A stretch of DNA of 64,000 nt, taken from assembly GCA_900752195.1 (NCBI GenBank), contig CAADUJ010000007.1, forward strand, positions 203,716 through 267,715. The letters run 5' to 3'. The notes below the pieces were generated by a model that worked only from the letters and a program-made list of their open reading frames with translations, was not told the origin of the DNA and ran no database searches. How positions within the stretch are numbered: position 1 is the first letter of the stretch; each line of letters begins with the position of its first letter. Origin of the DNA: an uncultured Negativicutes bacterium. GTDB lineage: Bacteria > Bacillota > Negativicutes > Veillonellales > Megasphaeraceae. The translations under genes and the position numbers were made by a program. Shown here in pieces: positions 43,115 to 52,900 of this stretch.

Positions 43115-43131
43115 TAAAGAGGAGTTTACCT

Positions 43132-43557
43132 ATGAAACAAATGAAGATTTACGAGCCTGCTATGTGTTGCCCCACTGGGTTATGTGGTGTCAGTGTAGAC
43201 CCAGAGCTGCTGCGAATTTCTACTATCCTCAATACGTTACAGGAAAGGGGGATTACGGTAGAACGGTATAATCTGTCCAGTATACCTGAAGCCTTTGTCC
43301 AATCTAAAGCGGTCACAGAATATCTTCAAAAATTCGGCCCTGAAAAATTACCGATCATAACCGTCGATGATACGATTATTATCGGTGGACGGTATCCTTC
43401 TAACGAAGAATTTATCAACTGGTTGAACCTTGAACCGGATGTATGGGAAGCGTCTTGTGCTGCAGCAGATGATTCGTGTAGCTGCGATGGGACAAGTGAT
43501 GATAGCAGCGAAGGTTCTAGCAATTCTGGTTGTTGTTCCGGTGGTTGTTGCGGCTAA
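43132..43557 (+). CDS. arsD: arsenical resistance operon metallochaperone/repressor ArsD
   Basis: MKIYEPAMCCPTGLCG (Cys12/13/18 site), thioredoxin-like fold, Cys-rich C-terminal tail (CSCDG...GCCSGGCCG). ATG at 43132 after AAGAGGAG. Confidence 0.85.
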   Translation: MKQMKIYEPAMCCPTGLCGVSVDPELLRISTILNTLQERGITVERYNLSSIPEAFVQSKAVTEYLQKFGPEKLPIITVDDTIIIGGRYPSNEEFINWLNLEPDVWEASCAAADDSCSCDGTSDDSSEGSSNSGCCSGGCCG

Positions 43558-43571
43558 GTGAGGTGAATACA

Positions 43572-45308
43572 ATGAAAACGTATAACCCCATCGAGGCAGT
43601 GCAAACGAAATATCTCTTTTTTACAGGAAAAGGAGGAGTTGGAAAGACCTCTGTAGCCTGTGCGACGACTGTAGCTTTAGCAGATCAGGGAAAGAAGACC
43701 CTCTTGATCAGCACGGATCCAGCATCGAATTTGCAAGATGTATTTTCCGTGGATTTGACGAATCGTCCTCAGAAGATATACGGCGTTGCCAATCTTTATG
43801 TTGCCAATCTAGATCCCCTGCAAGCTGCAATGGAATACAAGGAACGTGTTGTAGGTCCTTATCGAGGTGTTCTTCCCGATTCCGTTATCCATAATATGGA
43901 AGAACAGCTTTCTGGATCGTGTACTGTAGAAATTGCCGCCTTTAACGAGTTTTCTTCCTTCATTACAGATGAAACGATTCAGAAAACGTATGATTATATT
44001 ATATTTGATACGGCGCCGACAGGTCATACACTGCGGATGTTGCAACTCCCTTCGGCATGGAGCGATTTTATTAACGAGAATACCCATGGTGCATCCTGTC
44101 TTGGTCAACTTTCAGGACTGGAAAGCAAGAAGGATATATACAAACGAGCAGTACAGACGTTAGCCGACGCACAACAGACGACGCTTATCTTAGTGACGAG
44201 ACCGGAAGAGTCGCCTTTGAAAGAAGCCGACAGAGCGGCAAAAGAATTGTCTGAAATAGGCATACGACACCAGATCCTGGTCATCAATGGCATCTTACAA
44301 CGACCTGATGACGGCGTATCTGCGCAGCTCTATAAAAAACAGCAGACTGCGCTGCAGGATATTCCTGAAGAACTTAGTCACCTCGCTAGGTATGAAGTTC
44401 CTTTACGGGCGTACAATATTACGGGAATTGATAATGTGAGAGCCTTGTTGACACAAGAAAAGCAGGATGACACGGTCCGTACATTAGATGTCGATACGGT
44501 CCGGACTCTTTCTGATGTTATTACATCGATTGAAGAGGAAAAGCGGAAGGTCGTCTTTACCATGGGAAAAGGCGGCGTCGGGAAGACGACTATTGCAGCT
44601 GCCATTGCGTTGGGATTGGCAACAAGAGGTCATAACGTTCATTTGACGACGACCGACCCGGCTGCTCATTTAAAATTCGTCCTGGACCAGACCGATAACC
44701 TTTCCATGAGTCATATTGACGAAAAGAAAGAGCTTGCCCGCTATCAGGACATGGTTCTTACAAAGGCGAAAGAAAGTGGCATGTCTTCCACGGACCTTGC
44801 CTATATCGAAGAAGATTTACGGTCTCCTTGTACACAGGAAATTGCCTTATTCCGTGCCTTTGCAGAGGTTGTAGAAAAAGCAGATGACGAAATTGTCGTC
44901 ATTGATACAGCCCCTACAGGTCATACGTTACTCCTTTTAGAATCTACAGAAAGCTACGACAAGGAAATCAGACGGACCAATGGTGAAACGCCACTTTCTG
45001 TACGGACGTTGCTTCCACGATTAAAAAGTGCTGAGACAGAAGTGATTATCGTATCGTTGCCAGAAGCGACTCCCGTCTATGAAGCGATACGCCTGGAAGG
45101 AGATTTGAAACGCGCCGCCATTGAGGCTCGTTGGTGGATCATCAATCAATCCTTCTACCGCCTCCATAGCGTAAGTCCTTTTCTTCAGGCAAAAGCGTCT
45201 CATGAAGTGGAATGGATTCAATTCGTCCAACAACATGTAAAAGAACATGTCGCCTTAGTAGATTGGAGCGGCAACCAAGTAAAAGGTGAAAAATTATTGG
45301 AATTATAG
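43572..45308 (+). CDS. arsA: arsenite-transporting ATPase ArsA (tandem A1/A2 halves)
   Basis: Two P-loops (FTGKGGVGKTSVA and TMGKGGVGKTTIA) and two DTAPTGHTL signal-transduction motifs. Confidence 0.92.
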   Translation: MKTYNPIEAVQTKYLFFTGKGGVGKTSVACATTVALADQGKKTLLISTDPASNLQDVFSVDLTNRPQKIYGVANLYVANLDPLQAAMEYKERVVGPYRGVLPDSVIHNMEEQLSGSCTVEIAAFNEFSSFITDETIQKTYDYIIFDTAPTGHTLRMLQLPSAWSDFINENTHGASCLGQLSGLESKKDIYKRAVQTLADAQQTTLILVTRPEESPLKEADRAAKELSEIGIRHQILVINGILQRPDDGVSAQLYKKQQTALQDIPEELSHLARYEVPLRAYNITGIDNVRALLTQEKQDDTVRTLDVDTVRTLSDVITSIEEEKRKVVFTMGKGGVGKTTIAAAIALGLATRGHNVHLTTTDPAAHLKFVLDQTDNLSMSHIDEKKELARYQDMVLTKAKESGMSSTDLAYIEEDLRSPCTQEIALFRAFAEVVEKADDEIVVIDTAPTGHTLLLLESTESYDKEIRRTNGETPLSVRTLLPRLKSAETEVIIVSLPEATPVYEAIRLEGDLKRAAIEARWWIINQSFYRLHSVSPFLQAKASHEVEWIQFVQQHVKEHVALVDWSGNQVKGEKLLEL

Positions 45309-45320
45309 AGGTAGCGTAGT

Positions 45321-46370
45321 ATGAATCAAAATGTACAAGAAGGAATTAGTTTCTTTTAAAAATATTTAACCGTATGGGTGTTTATTTGTATGGTGTTCGG
45401 CGTTTGTATTGGCAGCGTCTTTCCCCGTATCCCTTACTATTTAGGACAGATGCAGATCGCTGGGATTTCTATTCCCATAGCCATATTGATTTGGGTGATG
45501 ATATATCCCATGATGATGAAAGTGGATTTTGAGAGCGTTAAAACAATTAGAAAAAATCCAAAAGGGCTTATGGTGACATGGATTGTGAATTGGCTCATCA
45601 AACCGTTTACCATGTATGCGATTGCTTCTTTATTTTTCTTTACCGTCTTCAAGGGAATCATAGTGCCGGCGTTAGCCACGGAATATTTGGCAGGAGCTGT
45701 CTTATTGGGGGCTGCGCCATGTACGGCCATGGTATTTGTCTGGAGCACATTGACGCGGGGAAATCCTGCGTATACTGTAGTTCAGGTGGCAACAAATGAC
45801 TTGATTATATTGGTTGCATTTGTTCCTATCGTAACGTTTTTACTAGACGTGTCCAATGTCAGCGTACCTTATAGTACGCTTGTGCTCAGTGTCATCCTCT
45901 TTGTGGTGATTCCCTTAATAGGAGGAGTGATGACGAGAATCATCATTACTAGGGAGAAGGGCCGTGCGTATTTTGAAAACACCTTCATCCATGCATTCGA
46001 TTCTATTACGACGATAGGATTGCTCCTTACATTGATACTTATTTTTGCGTCACAGACAGACGTTATTTTAAACAATCCCCTTCACATCATTCTTATTGCA
46101 GTACCCCTAACCATCCAGACCCTATTCATTGTTGCCATCGCGTTCTTAGCTTGCCGAGCATTACGACTGCCTTTCGATATTGCGGCTCCGGCGGGGATAA
46201 TTGGAGCTTCCAATTTCTTTGAACTCGCCGTTGCTGTAGCCATCGCTCTTTTCGGAACCGCTAGTCCGGCAGCCTTGGTAACGACAGTAGGCGTATTGAC
46301 AGAAGTACTCGTTATGCTTGCATTGGTACACGTTGCCAATAGTAAAAGGGCGTGGTTTCTAAACGCATGA
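45321..46370 (+). pseudogene. acr3: ACR3-family arsenite efflux permease interrupted by an in-frame TAA at codon 13 (45357-45359); possibly N-terminally truncated via reinitiation at GTG 45378
   Basis: The frame from ATG 45321 (RBS AGAGG) reads MNQNVQEGISFF*KYLTVWVFICMVFG... The canonical ACR3 N-terminus is ...FFEKYLT..., so the TAA replaces an expected GAA (Glu). The remaining 330 codons are an intact 10-TM ACR3 body. Confidence 0.75.
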
Positions 46371-46407
46371 ACGCAACTTTCCATCGCAAGAAGTACTAAA
46401 AAAATCG

Positions 46408-46461
46408 ACAGATGCACATACCTTCCTTATTTGTTATATCCGTAAGGAAGGTATTTTTTAT
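46408..46461 (+). terminator. rho-independent terminator after acr3
   Basis: Stem ataccttcctta / taaggaaggtat (12 bp) followed by T6. Confidence 0.5.
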
Positions 46462-46552
46462 ATTTTCCATAGCCATCCTTGACAGAAGAACCAGACCGAC
46501 TTAGGATATGGGAGATGCTGTTGCAACGCATTTCATTTCATATAAAAGGAGT

Positions 46553-47743
46553 ATGTGCATCATGATGACAACTATTCCATTGAAATATATATGGCCATTA
46601 GTCGGTCTTTCGGCGTCTGCCTTTGTCTTTAATACATCCGAATTTATGCCGATCGGCTTATTGACGGATATTTCTGATTCTTTTTCCATGACACCAGGGC
46701 AAACGGGAATCATGATTACCGTATATGCCTGGGTTGTAGGTCTGTTATCGTTGCCGCTTATGCTCGCGACGTGCCAGATGAACCAAAAAAAATTGCTCCT
46801 TTTGACGATGTCTCTCTTTGCCATTGGACAGGCTGTATCGGGCGTATCTGTTAATTTTCCCATGCTGATGGGATCGCGTATTATCGTAGCTTGTGCTCAT
46901 TCTATTTTTTGGTCTATTGTAGCCCCTTTGGCAACGCGATTGGTTACACGTTCTCATCAGCCCCTGGCTCTTTCTGTCATTGCAACAGGGTCTTCTGTGG
47001 CTATGATTTTAGGGTTGCCTTTAGGTCGCGTAGTCGGCCTTACTCTGGGGTGGCGTATGACTTTTCTTGTATTAGCCGGTGTATCGGCGCTGGCGCTCCT
47101 ATTCTTATGGCGTGTATTCCCTCCATTGACAAATCACTCTTCTTTTACGACTCACGATTTGCCGGCACTGGTTCGGAATCCCTTAGTATTCGGTGCCTTT
47201 GTGTTATCCCTACTCTTTGCATTGGCTTACTTTACGACGTACAGCTATATTGAACCCTTTTTGGGACAGATTGCAGGATTCGCACCGGAATCTATTACGT
47301 GGATTCTCATGCTATTAGGAGCCTGTGGTCTTGCCGGAAGTGTTCTGTTTTCCCGATTTTATGGTCAGTATCGATTTCAGATTTTCCGTGTTGGTCTTTT
47401 GGGAATCTTGGCAGGATTATGCTTGTTTTATCCCGCCTCTTTGGCTACAACGGCTATGTTGGCGTGCTGTATGTTTATTGGCATGATATCCACGTTGTTC
47501 AATGTTACGATGCAGGCTGAACTCATCCGAAACTGTTCTCTTGCGGCTGCGCCCGTTGCCATGTCCATCTTTTCCGGCATCTTTAACGTCGGCATTGGTG
47601 GGGGCACCTTTATTGGCGGCCGGCTTGAATCGTATCATATGTTGGCGTATATTGGTTTTGTAGGAGCGGCTATTGCTCTATGTGCCGTCCTTTTTGGCGT
47701 GTGGTATTATATTCCGAAAGCAAAACAGAAGGAAGCCATGTAA
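46553..47743 (+). CDS. MFS transporter (12 TM; sugar/drug efflux-like)
   Basis: 12 hydrophobic segments and an MFS loop motif (GRVVGL). Start at ATG 46553 after AAAGGAG. The ORF-track start at 46508 lacks an RBS. Confidence 0.7.
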   Translation: MCIMMTTIPLKYIWPLVGLSASAFVFNTSEFMPIGLLTDISDSFSMTPGQTGIMITVYAWVVGLLSLPLMLATCQMNQKKLLLLTMSLFAIGQAVSGVSVNFPMLMGSRIIVACAHSIFWSIVAPLATRLVTRSHQPLALSVIATGSSVAMILGLPLGRVVGLTLGWRMTFLVLAGVSALALLFLWRVFPPLTNHSSFTTHDLPALVRNPLVFGAFVLSLLFALAYFTTYSYIEPFLGQIAGFAPESITWILMLLGACGLAGSVLFSRFYGQYRFQIFRVGLLGILAGLCLFYPASLATTAMLACCMFIGMISTLFNVTMQAELIRNCSLAAAPVAMSIFSGIFNVGIGGGTFIGGRLESYHMLAYIGFVGAAIALCAVLFGVWYYIPKAKQKEAM

Positions 47744-47788
47744 TACTATCTTTGTGCAATACTGGTTTCATAAAAAGGAGAGATACGG

Positions 47789-48304
47789 ATGACGATTGTT
47801 AGAAAAACGACAGGAAACGATCAAGAAACTATCTATCGATTGGTGAGAGAAGCTTTTGCATCGGCAGCAGTTTCAGATGGAAATGAGGTAAATCTAGTAA
47901 ACGCGTTAGAAAAGAGCCCATCATGGATTCCAGAGTTATCTTTGGTCGCAGAGAAAGAGGGGATTCTCGTGGGCTATATTCTTTTTACAAAGGCTATGGT
48001 GGGACAAACAGAAATTCTGGCACTGGCACCGTTAGCTGTTCTGCCGTCACAGCAAGGACACGGCATCGGCCGTACACTTATTGAAAAAGGGCATCAAAAG
48101 GCAAAGGAACTTGGCTATGCCTATGTCGCAGTCCTGGGTGATCCTGCATATTATAGTCGGTTTGGGTATGGACCGGCAGCTGATCTGGGAATCAAGGCTC
48201 CGCCTTCTTTTCCTACGGACTATTTCATGGCCATTCAATTAGATGGCAGCGCGCGTTCACTAGACGGTAGCATTATATATGATGCGGCATTTGGCATATC
48301 ATAA
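47789..48304 (+). CDS. GNAT-family N-acetyltransferase
   Basis: Acetyl-CoA binding motif QGHGIGRTLIEKGHQKAKELGY. Confidence 0.7.
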   Translation: MTIVRKTTGNDQETIYRLVREAFASAAVSDGNEVNLVNALEKSPSWIPELSLVAEKEGILVGYILFTKAMVGQTEILALAPLAVLPSQQGHGIGRTLIEKGHQKAKELGYAYVAVLGDPAYYSRFGYGPAADLGIKAPPSFPTDYFMAIQLDGSARSLDGSIIYDAAFGIS

Positions 48305-48417
48305 ATGAAAAACTTATTCAATAAATGAAAAAATAGTTTATGAAATCAATATATTATGTTATAATATAAGTCATGGAATCGTTTACAGAAAGAATCTGTT
48401 AGAAGGGATGTGTTTAC

Positions 48418-49701
48418 ATGCAGAAATTCAGTCTTCCTTTTGGGAAGGAAAAAGTAGAATTCGAATTGCCTGATAACGAAGTGGCTGGTGTCCTTTTATC
48501 GCGTGCCCACGAGTACAAGGCGCCGAAATCGGAAGAAGAGCTCGTCCATGAAGCTCTTGAAAATCCAATTGGCAGTCCTAGACTTCGTGATCTTGCAAAA
48601 GGAAAGAAGACTTGCACCATTATTTCAAGTGACCATACGCGACCTGTGCCGAGTCATGTAATTATGCCGCAACTTTTGAAGGAACTTCGTACTGGAAATC
48701 CTGATATAGATATCACTATTTTGATTGCTACCGGTATGCATCGCGCAACGACAAAGGACGAATTGATTGCGAAATATGGTCGTGAAATTGCGGAACACGA
48801 AAAATTTGCCATCCACGTAAGTCGCAATGATGCAGATATGGTCAGCATCGGAACCCTTCCTTCCGGTGGAGATTGCCGCATTAATAAATTAGCTGTAGAA
48901 ACGGATCTCCTCATTTCAGAAGGGTTTATCGAACCGCATTTCTTTGCCGGCATGTCAGGTGGACGTAAATCTGTTTTGCCCGGTATTGCCAGCAAGGTCA
49001 CTGTACTGGCAAACCACTGTTCAGAATTTATTGCCAGCCCCTATGCGCGTACAGGCATACTGGAAGGGAATCCGATTCACCGCGATATGCTCTATGCAGC
49101 TAAAGCGGCAAAACTTGCTTTTATTTGTAATGTGGTAATTGATGCGGATAAAAAAGTCATAGCTGCTTTCGCAGGAGATAGAGAAAAAGCGCATTATGCT
49201 GGCTGCGAATTTGAAATGAAGCTAGCCGGGGCAAAAGCTGTCCCTGCAGATATTGTCATCACGACAAATGGCGGGTATCCTCTTGATCAGAATATATATC
49301 AGTCTGTCAAAGGCATGACGGCTGCAGAAGCTACTTGTAAAAATGGTGGCGTCATTATTGACGTGTCGGAATGCTCTGATGGACATGGTGGTGAAGATTT
49401 TTATAATACATTGAAACACGCAACGTCTATACAGGACGCAATGGATGAAATCCTTGCTCGTGACCGCAACGATACGGTATTCGATCAATGGGAATCACAA
49501 ATCCTTATGCGTATGCTCTTAAAGTACTCGATTATCATGGTTACAAAGGCACCTAAACAGATGGTTGAGGACATGCATATGACCTTTACGGATTCTATCG
49601 ATAAGGCTATAGCTCTGGCTAAGGATATTGTTGCAAAGAAAGGGATTACGAACCCGAAAATTACGGTCATTCCTGACGGCGTGTCTGTGATTGTCAAATA
49701 A
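48418..49701 (+). CDS. larA: lactate racemase (LarA family; nickel-pincer-nucleotide dependent)
   Basis: LarA N-terminal domain (DUF2088) with ISSDHTRP and the His/Lys-containing ATGMHR...GFIEPHFFAGMSGGRKSVLPG blocks. Confidence 0.8.
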   Translation: MQKFSLPFGKEKVEFELPDNEVAGVLLSRAHEYKAPKSEEELVHEALENPIGSPRLRDLAKGKKTCTIISSDHTRPVPSHVIMPQLLKELRTGNPDIDITILIATGMHRATTKDELIAKYGREIAEHEKFAIHVSRNDADMVSIGTLPSGGDCRINKLAVETDLLISEGFIEPHFFAGMSGGRKSVLPGIASKVTVLANHCSEFIASPYARTGILEGNPIHRDMLYAAKAAKLAFICNVVIDADKKVIAAFAGDREKAHYAGCEFEMKLAGAKAVPADIVITTNGGYPLDQNIYQSVKGMTAAEATCKNGGVIIDVSECSDGHGGEDFYNTLKHATSIQDAMDEILARDRNDTVFDQWESQILMRMLLKYSIIMVTKAPKQMVEDMHMTFTDSIDKAIALAKDIVAKKGITNPKITVIPDGVSVIVK

Positions 49702-49996
49702 TACGATACGTGTAGCGGTGAAAACGGCAATATACGCATGTAGTACAGATAACCCCCTAAGTAGATGGTACAAATATGATCTATTTAGGGGGGTATTGTA
49801 GTTAAAACGAGATGCATCTTCCTATGTCTTCTATATGATAATTTAAAAGTAAGTAATCCTGCTATATATTATTTATTTGATGTCGATAATATACAATAAA
49901 TTGCTTTCAAAGGCCATTGTGATAGAATTAATAATACTTGATCATCATTTTATATATATTCATATGTGAAAGTTGTTATGAAAAGGAACATGGCCT

Positions 49997-52900
49997 ATGA
50001 AAAAGACGACACCACACAAAGTGGGATTTTTGACACTCCTTATCTTATTGAGCCTGCAGACGGGAATTACCTATGCGGAAACCCATACGTACGGTACCAT
50101 CGCGGGTCCGAATCATGTCAGTGCGACTGATGACGGCGACATCACGGCCGAAGGTATCAATGGCTGGCACTGGGAATGGACCGATCCCGCTACAGGTGAG
50201 ACCTATAAAAACGACTACACAGGGGAACTGACCGTTGGAAACAGCACGGGAACGGAAACCGTGACTATCCAAAAGGGAATCAGTACCCAGCAATCCGACG
50301 TGGCCGTCCATGGGAAAAATATGACCATCGGTGCCGATTTTTCTAGTGGCTCCCGTATTTCCGTCTATTCCGAAGGAAAGAAGATCTCCCTTGGTGACGC
50401 GGGCTATACGGAATCCATGACCTTGAACCAGGTTTCCCTGGCAAAGGGCGCCGCCTTTGAAGCCAAAGCGACTGGCAACGTGACCCTCGAAGGAATCGGA
50501 GCTTTTCCCAATGGCGGCGGTGCCGCTCAGGCTGCCATCGATGCGGGAACGGTGACAGTCGCACCGGTCAGGGGCGGCCAAGTGGCCTTCCGGATTTTTG
50601 ACGGCTCGTCCGTCAATGTCCACGCCACAGAAGGGCTGGACTTCAAGTCCCCCAGTGACGGAAGCGGCAATAAGGCCACCTTCTATGTCCAGGGTGGGAG
50701 TGCATCTTTTACGACGGACGACGGCACCGTTTCTATGGACGGCTGGGAAATCCGGTTGCTCGATGGGTATAATTTTGAAACTGGAACAAACAATCCGTCC
50801 CGTGTTGTCATTGACGGTGCAGCCCTGTTTGATGTCAAAAATACGGTTCTTTCCACGAAGGACAGTGATGTGAGTTTTGGCTCCAAGGCAACGGGCGGCA
50901 CCATGCAGTTTGATGGCGTCTATACCTTGGGAAAGAGCGAAAGCACCATTGGCAGCGCCAAGGTAGATAAGCTTTCTATTGACGTCTTGAATACGGATCA
51001 ATCCGGTTCGGCACTCACCCTGCGGGCAAAGGACATGACCCTTGGCAAAGAGGCAGACAAAAGTAAGAGCCGCATCGGCGGCTCAGGAAGACTCACCGTG
51101 GAAGCGGGCAATGACGTAACTATCTACGGGGCGGTGATGACAAATCAGCCATCTTATTATACCAAGGAGGCCAGTGTATCCATTACGGCGGGCGGCGATG
51201 TGACAATTGACGCACCGAAATCCTCCTATGGTTCGCAAACCGCCGTTTCCGCCAACGGCGGGTCCATCTCCATCGTTTCCGGCAGGGACCTTACGGCATC
51301 GGGAGATATTGTAAGCTCCTACGATTCTTCCATGCAATTCCAAGGAGCTAATATTTTCGCGGGAGAAGTAAAAGCAGGGAACGCGGATATCGTCATGAAG
51401 GCCGTTGATCAAGACGGAAACAAAGGAGTAATCAACCTCGAAACAATCAGCACCTATCGCAACAAGGCAAGTGATAAGACGACAAGTATCCAAATGGAAG
51501 GGAAAACGGTCAATATCCAAAATGCCGCGCCGGCCAATCCTACTGTCCGGTCCATCATGCTCAATGATAGCGGCAGCCTATCCATCAAGGCGGATACCAT
51601 TAGAGCCGAAGGTTATTCTGCGACAGGCGGGTCTACAGGTGAGCTTCTGGCAACGAAAAAACTTGTCATCACGCGGGGCAGCGATAACGTGGATGATTTT
51701 AATGGATTGGACCAGCGGGCCGCTGTCATAGCTGCTGAGGGAACCCAAACGACCTTTGGAACGGAAACGGCAGACGTAAGCGTTGAAGGCACGACGAAGG
51801 TCAACGAGGACGCGGCTGTAACCTTCGATGGAAAGACCGTGATCCTCACGGCAACCGGTGAAGACGCCGCACTTTATTCTCAAGGAAGGACGCGGGTTGG
51901 TTCAGATCAAACAGAAGAGACCACGCTCCGAGGTCGTGTCGATGCTTTTGGCGCTGGCGGAACGACCGTTTTGGGACAAGAAATCACGGCGGAAGATGCG
52001 GTCAATGCGTACGGAAAAGTTGATGTGGGCTCTGCAGCGACAAGGACTGTCACTCTTGAAAAGGAAGCGGCGGCGCTGAGTGAAGAGGCTGCCCTTATCC
52101 TTACCGGGGAGACCGTCGATGCGGCAGCAGGCATTGCGGCAAAAAATGGCGGCTCGACCGATATCAGCGCAAAGGACCTCAACGGCACCCTGAAGACGGC
52201 AGAGGAAGGAACCCTTTCGGCCAGCGTAACGGGCACCTTTACGGGAAGGGCAGAAGACGAAGCCGGTACGATGACGGTCACTCTCAAACCGGGCGCCCTT
52301 TGGAAGAATACGGGGACGAGTACGGTTGCGACTGTCCATTCAGAGAGCAGCATCATTCGTCCTGCTGGGGATGCGTCTCTTACCATCGGTACCTACGAAG
52401 GGAAGAATGGTGTCTTGGACCTGAAAGACGGCAAGGGCGGCGAAACTTTGACCATCGGGACCTATAACAATGAGAATGGCACGGTTCTTCTTGATGTGGA
52501 TCCGACCAAAAATTATGGCGCCGATACGCTCACCGTTACGGAGGGCTTTACCCAAAAGGCAACCCTTTCCCTTGAAAAGACAGACCCCAATGTATACTGG
52601 ACAAATGCCATTGAAGGGACGGTCATTGCTCATACGACGGGCGCCAGTCTTTCTTCTGTCGGCTTACGTTCTGATACGGAAGAGCAGCCCCTGCACTTTG
52701 TCACGCTCCATTTAGGCGAAAAAGCCACAGACGATGGAAGCGACATCTATATTGATTGGGTGGAGAAAAAGGAAACCGTAAACGGCCGTCACACGGCGAC
52801 GGTACAAAATCTCGCCGGCATTGCGCAATCTCACTATCTTCTCTGGCGCAGTGATATGGATACATTGCACCGCAGATTGGGCGATGTCGGGCAGGATGGC

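Noticed and set aside
50045-51001. 318-aa minus-strand ORF (and several 70-160 aa ORFs) inside the autotransporter gene
   Set aside because: They lie antisense to a strongly supported 1230-aa CDS in a GC-rich repetitive region. They have no RBS and their composition is low-complexity Gly/Arg/Pro, so they are shadow ORFs.
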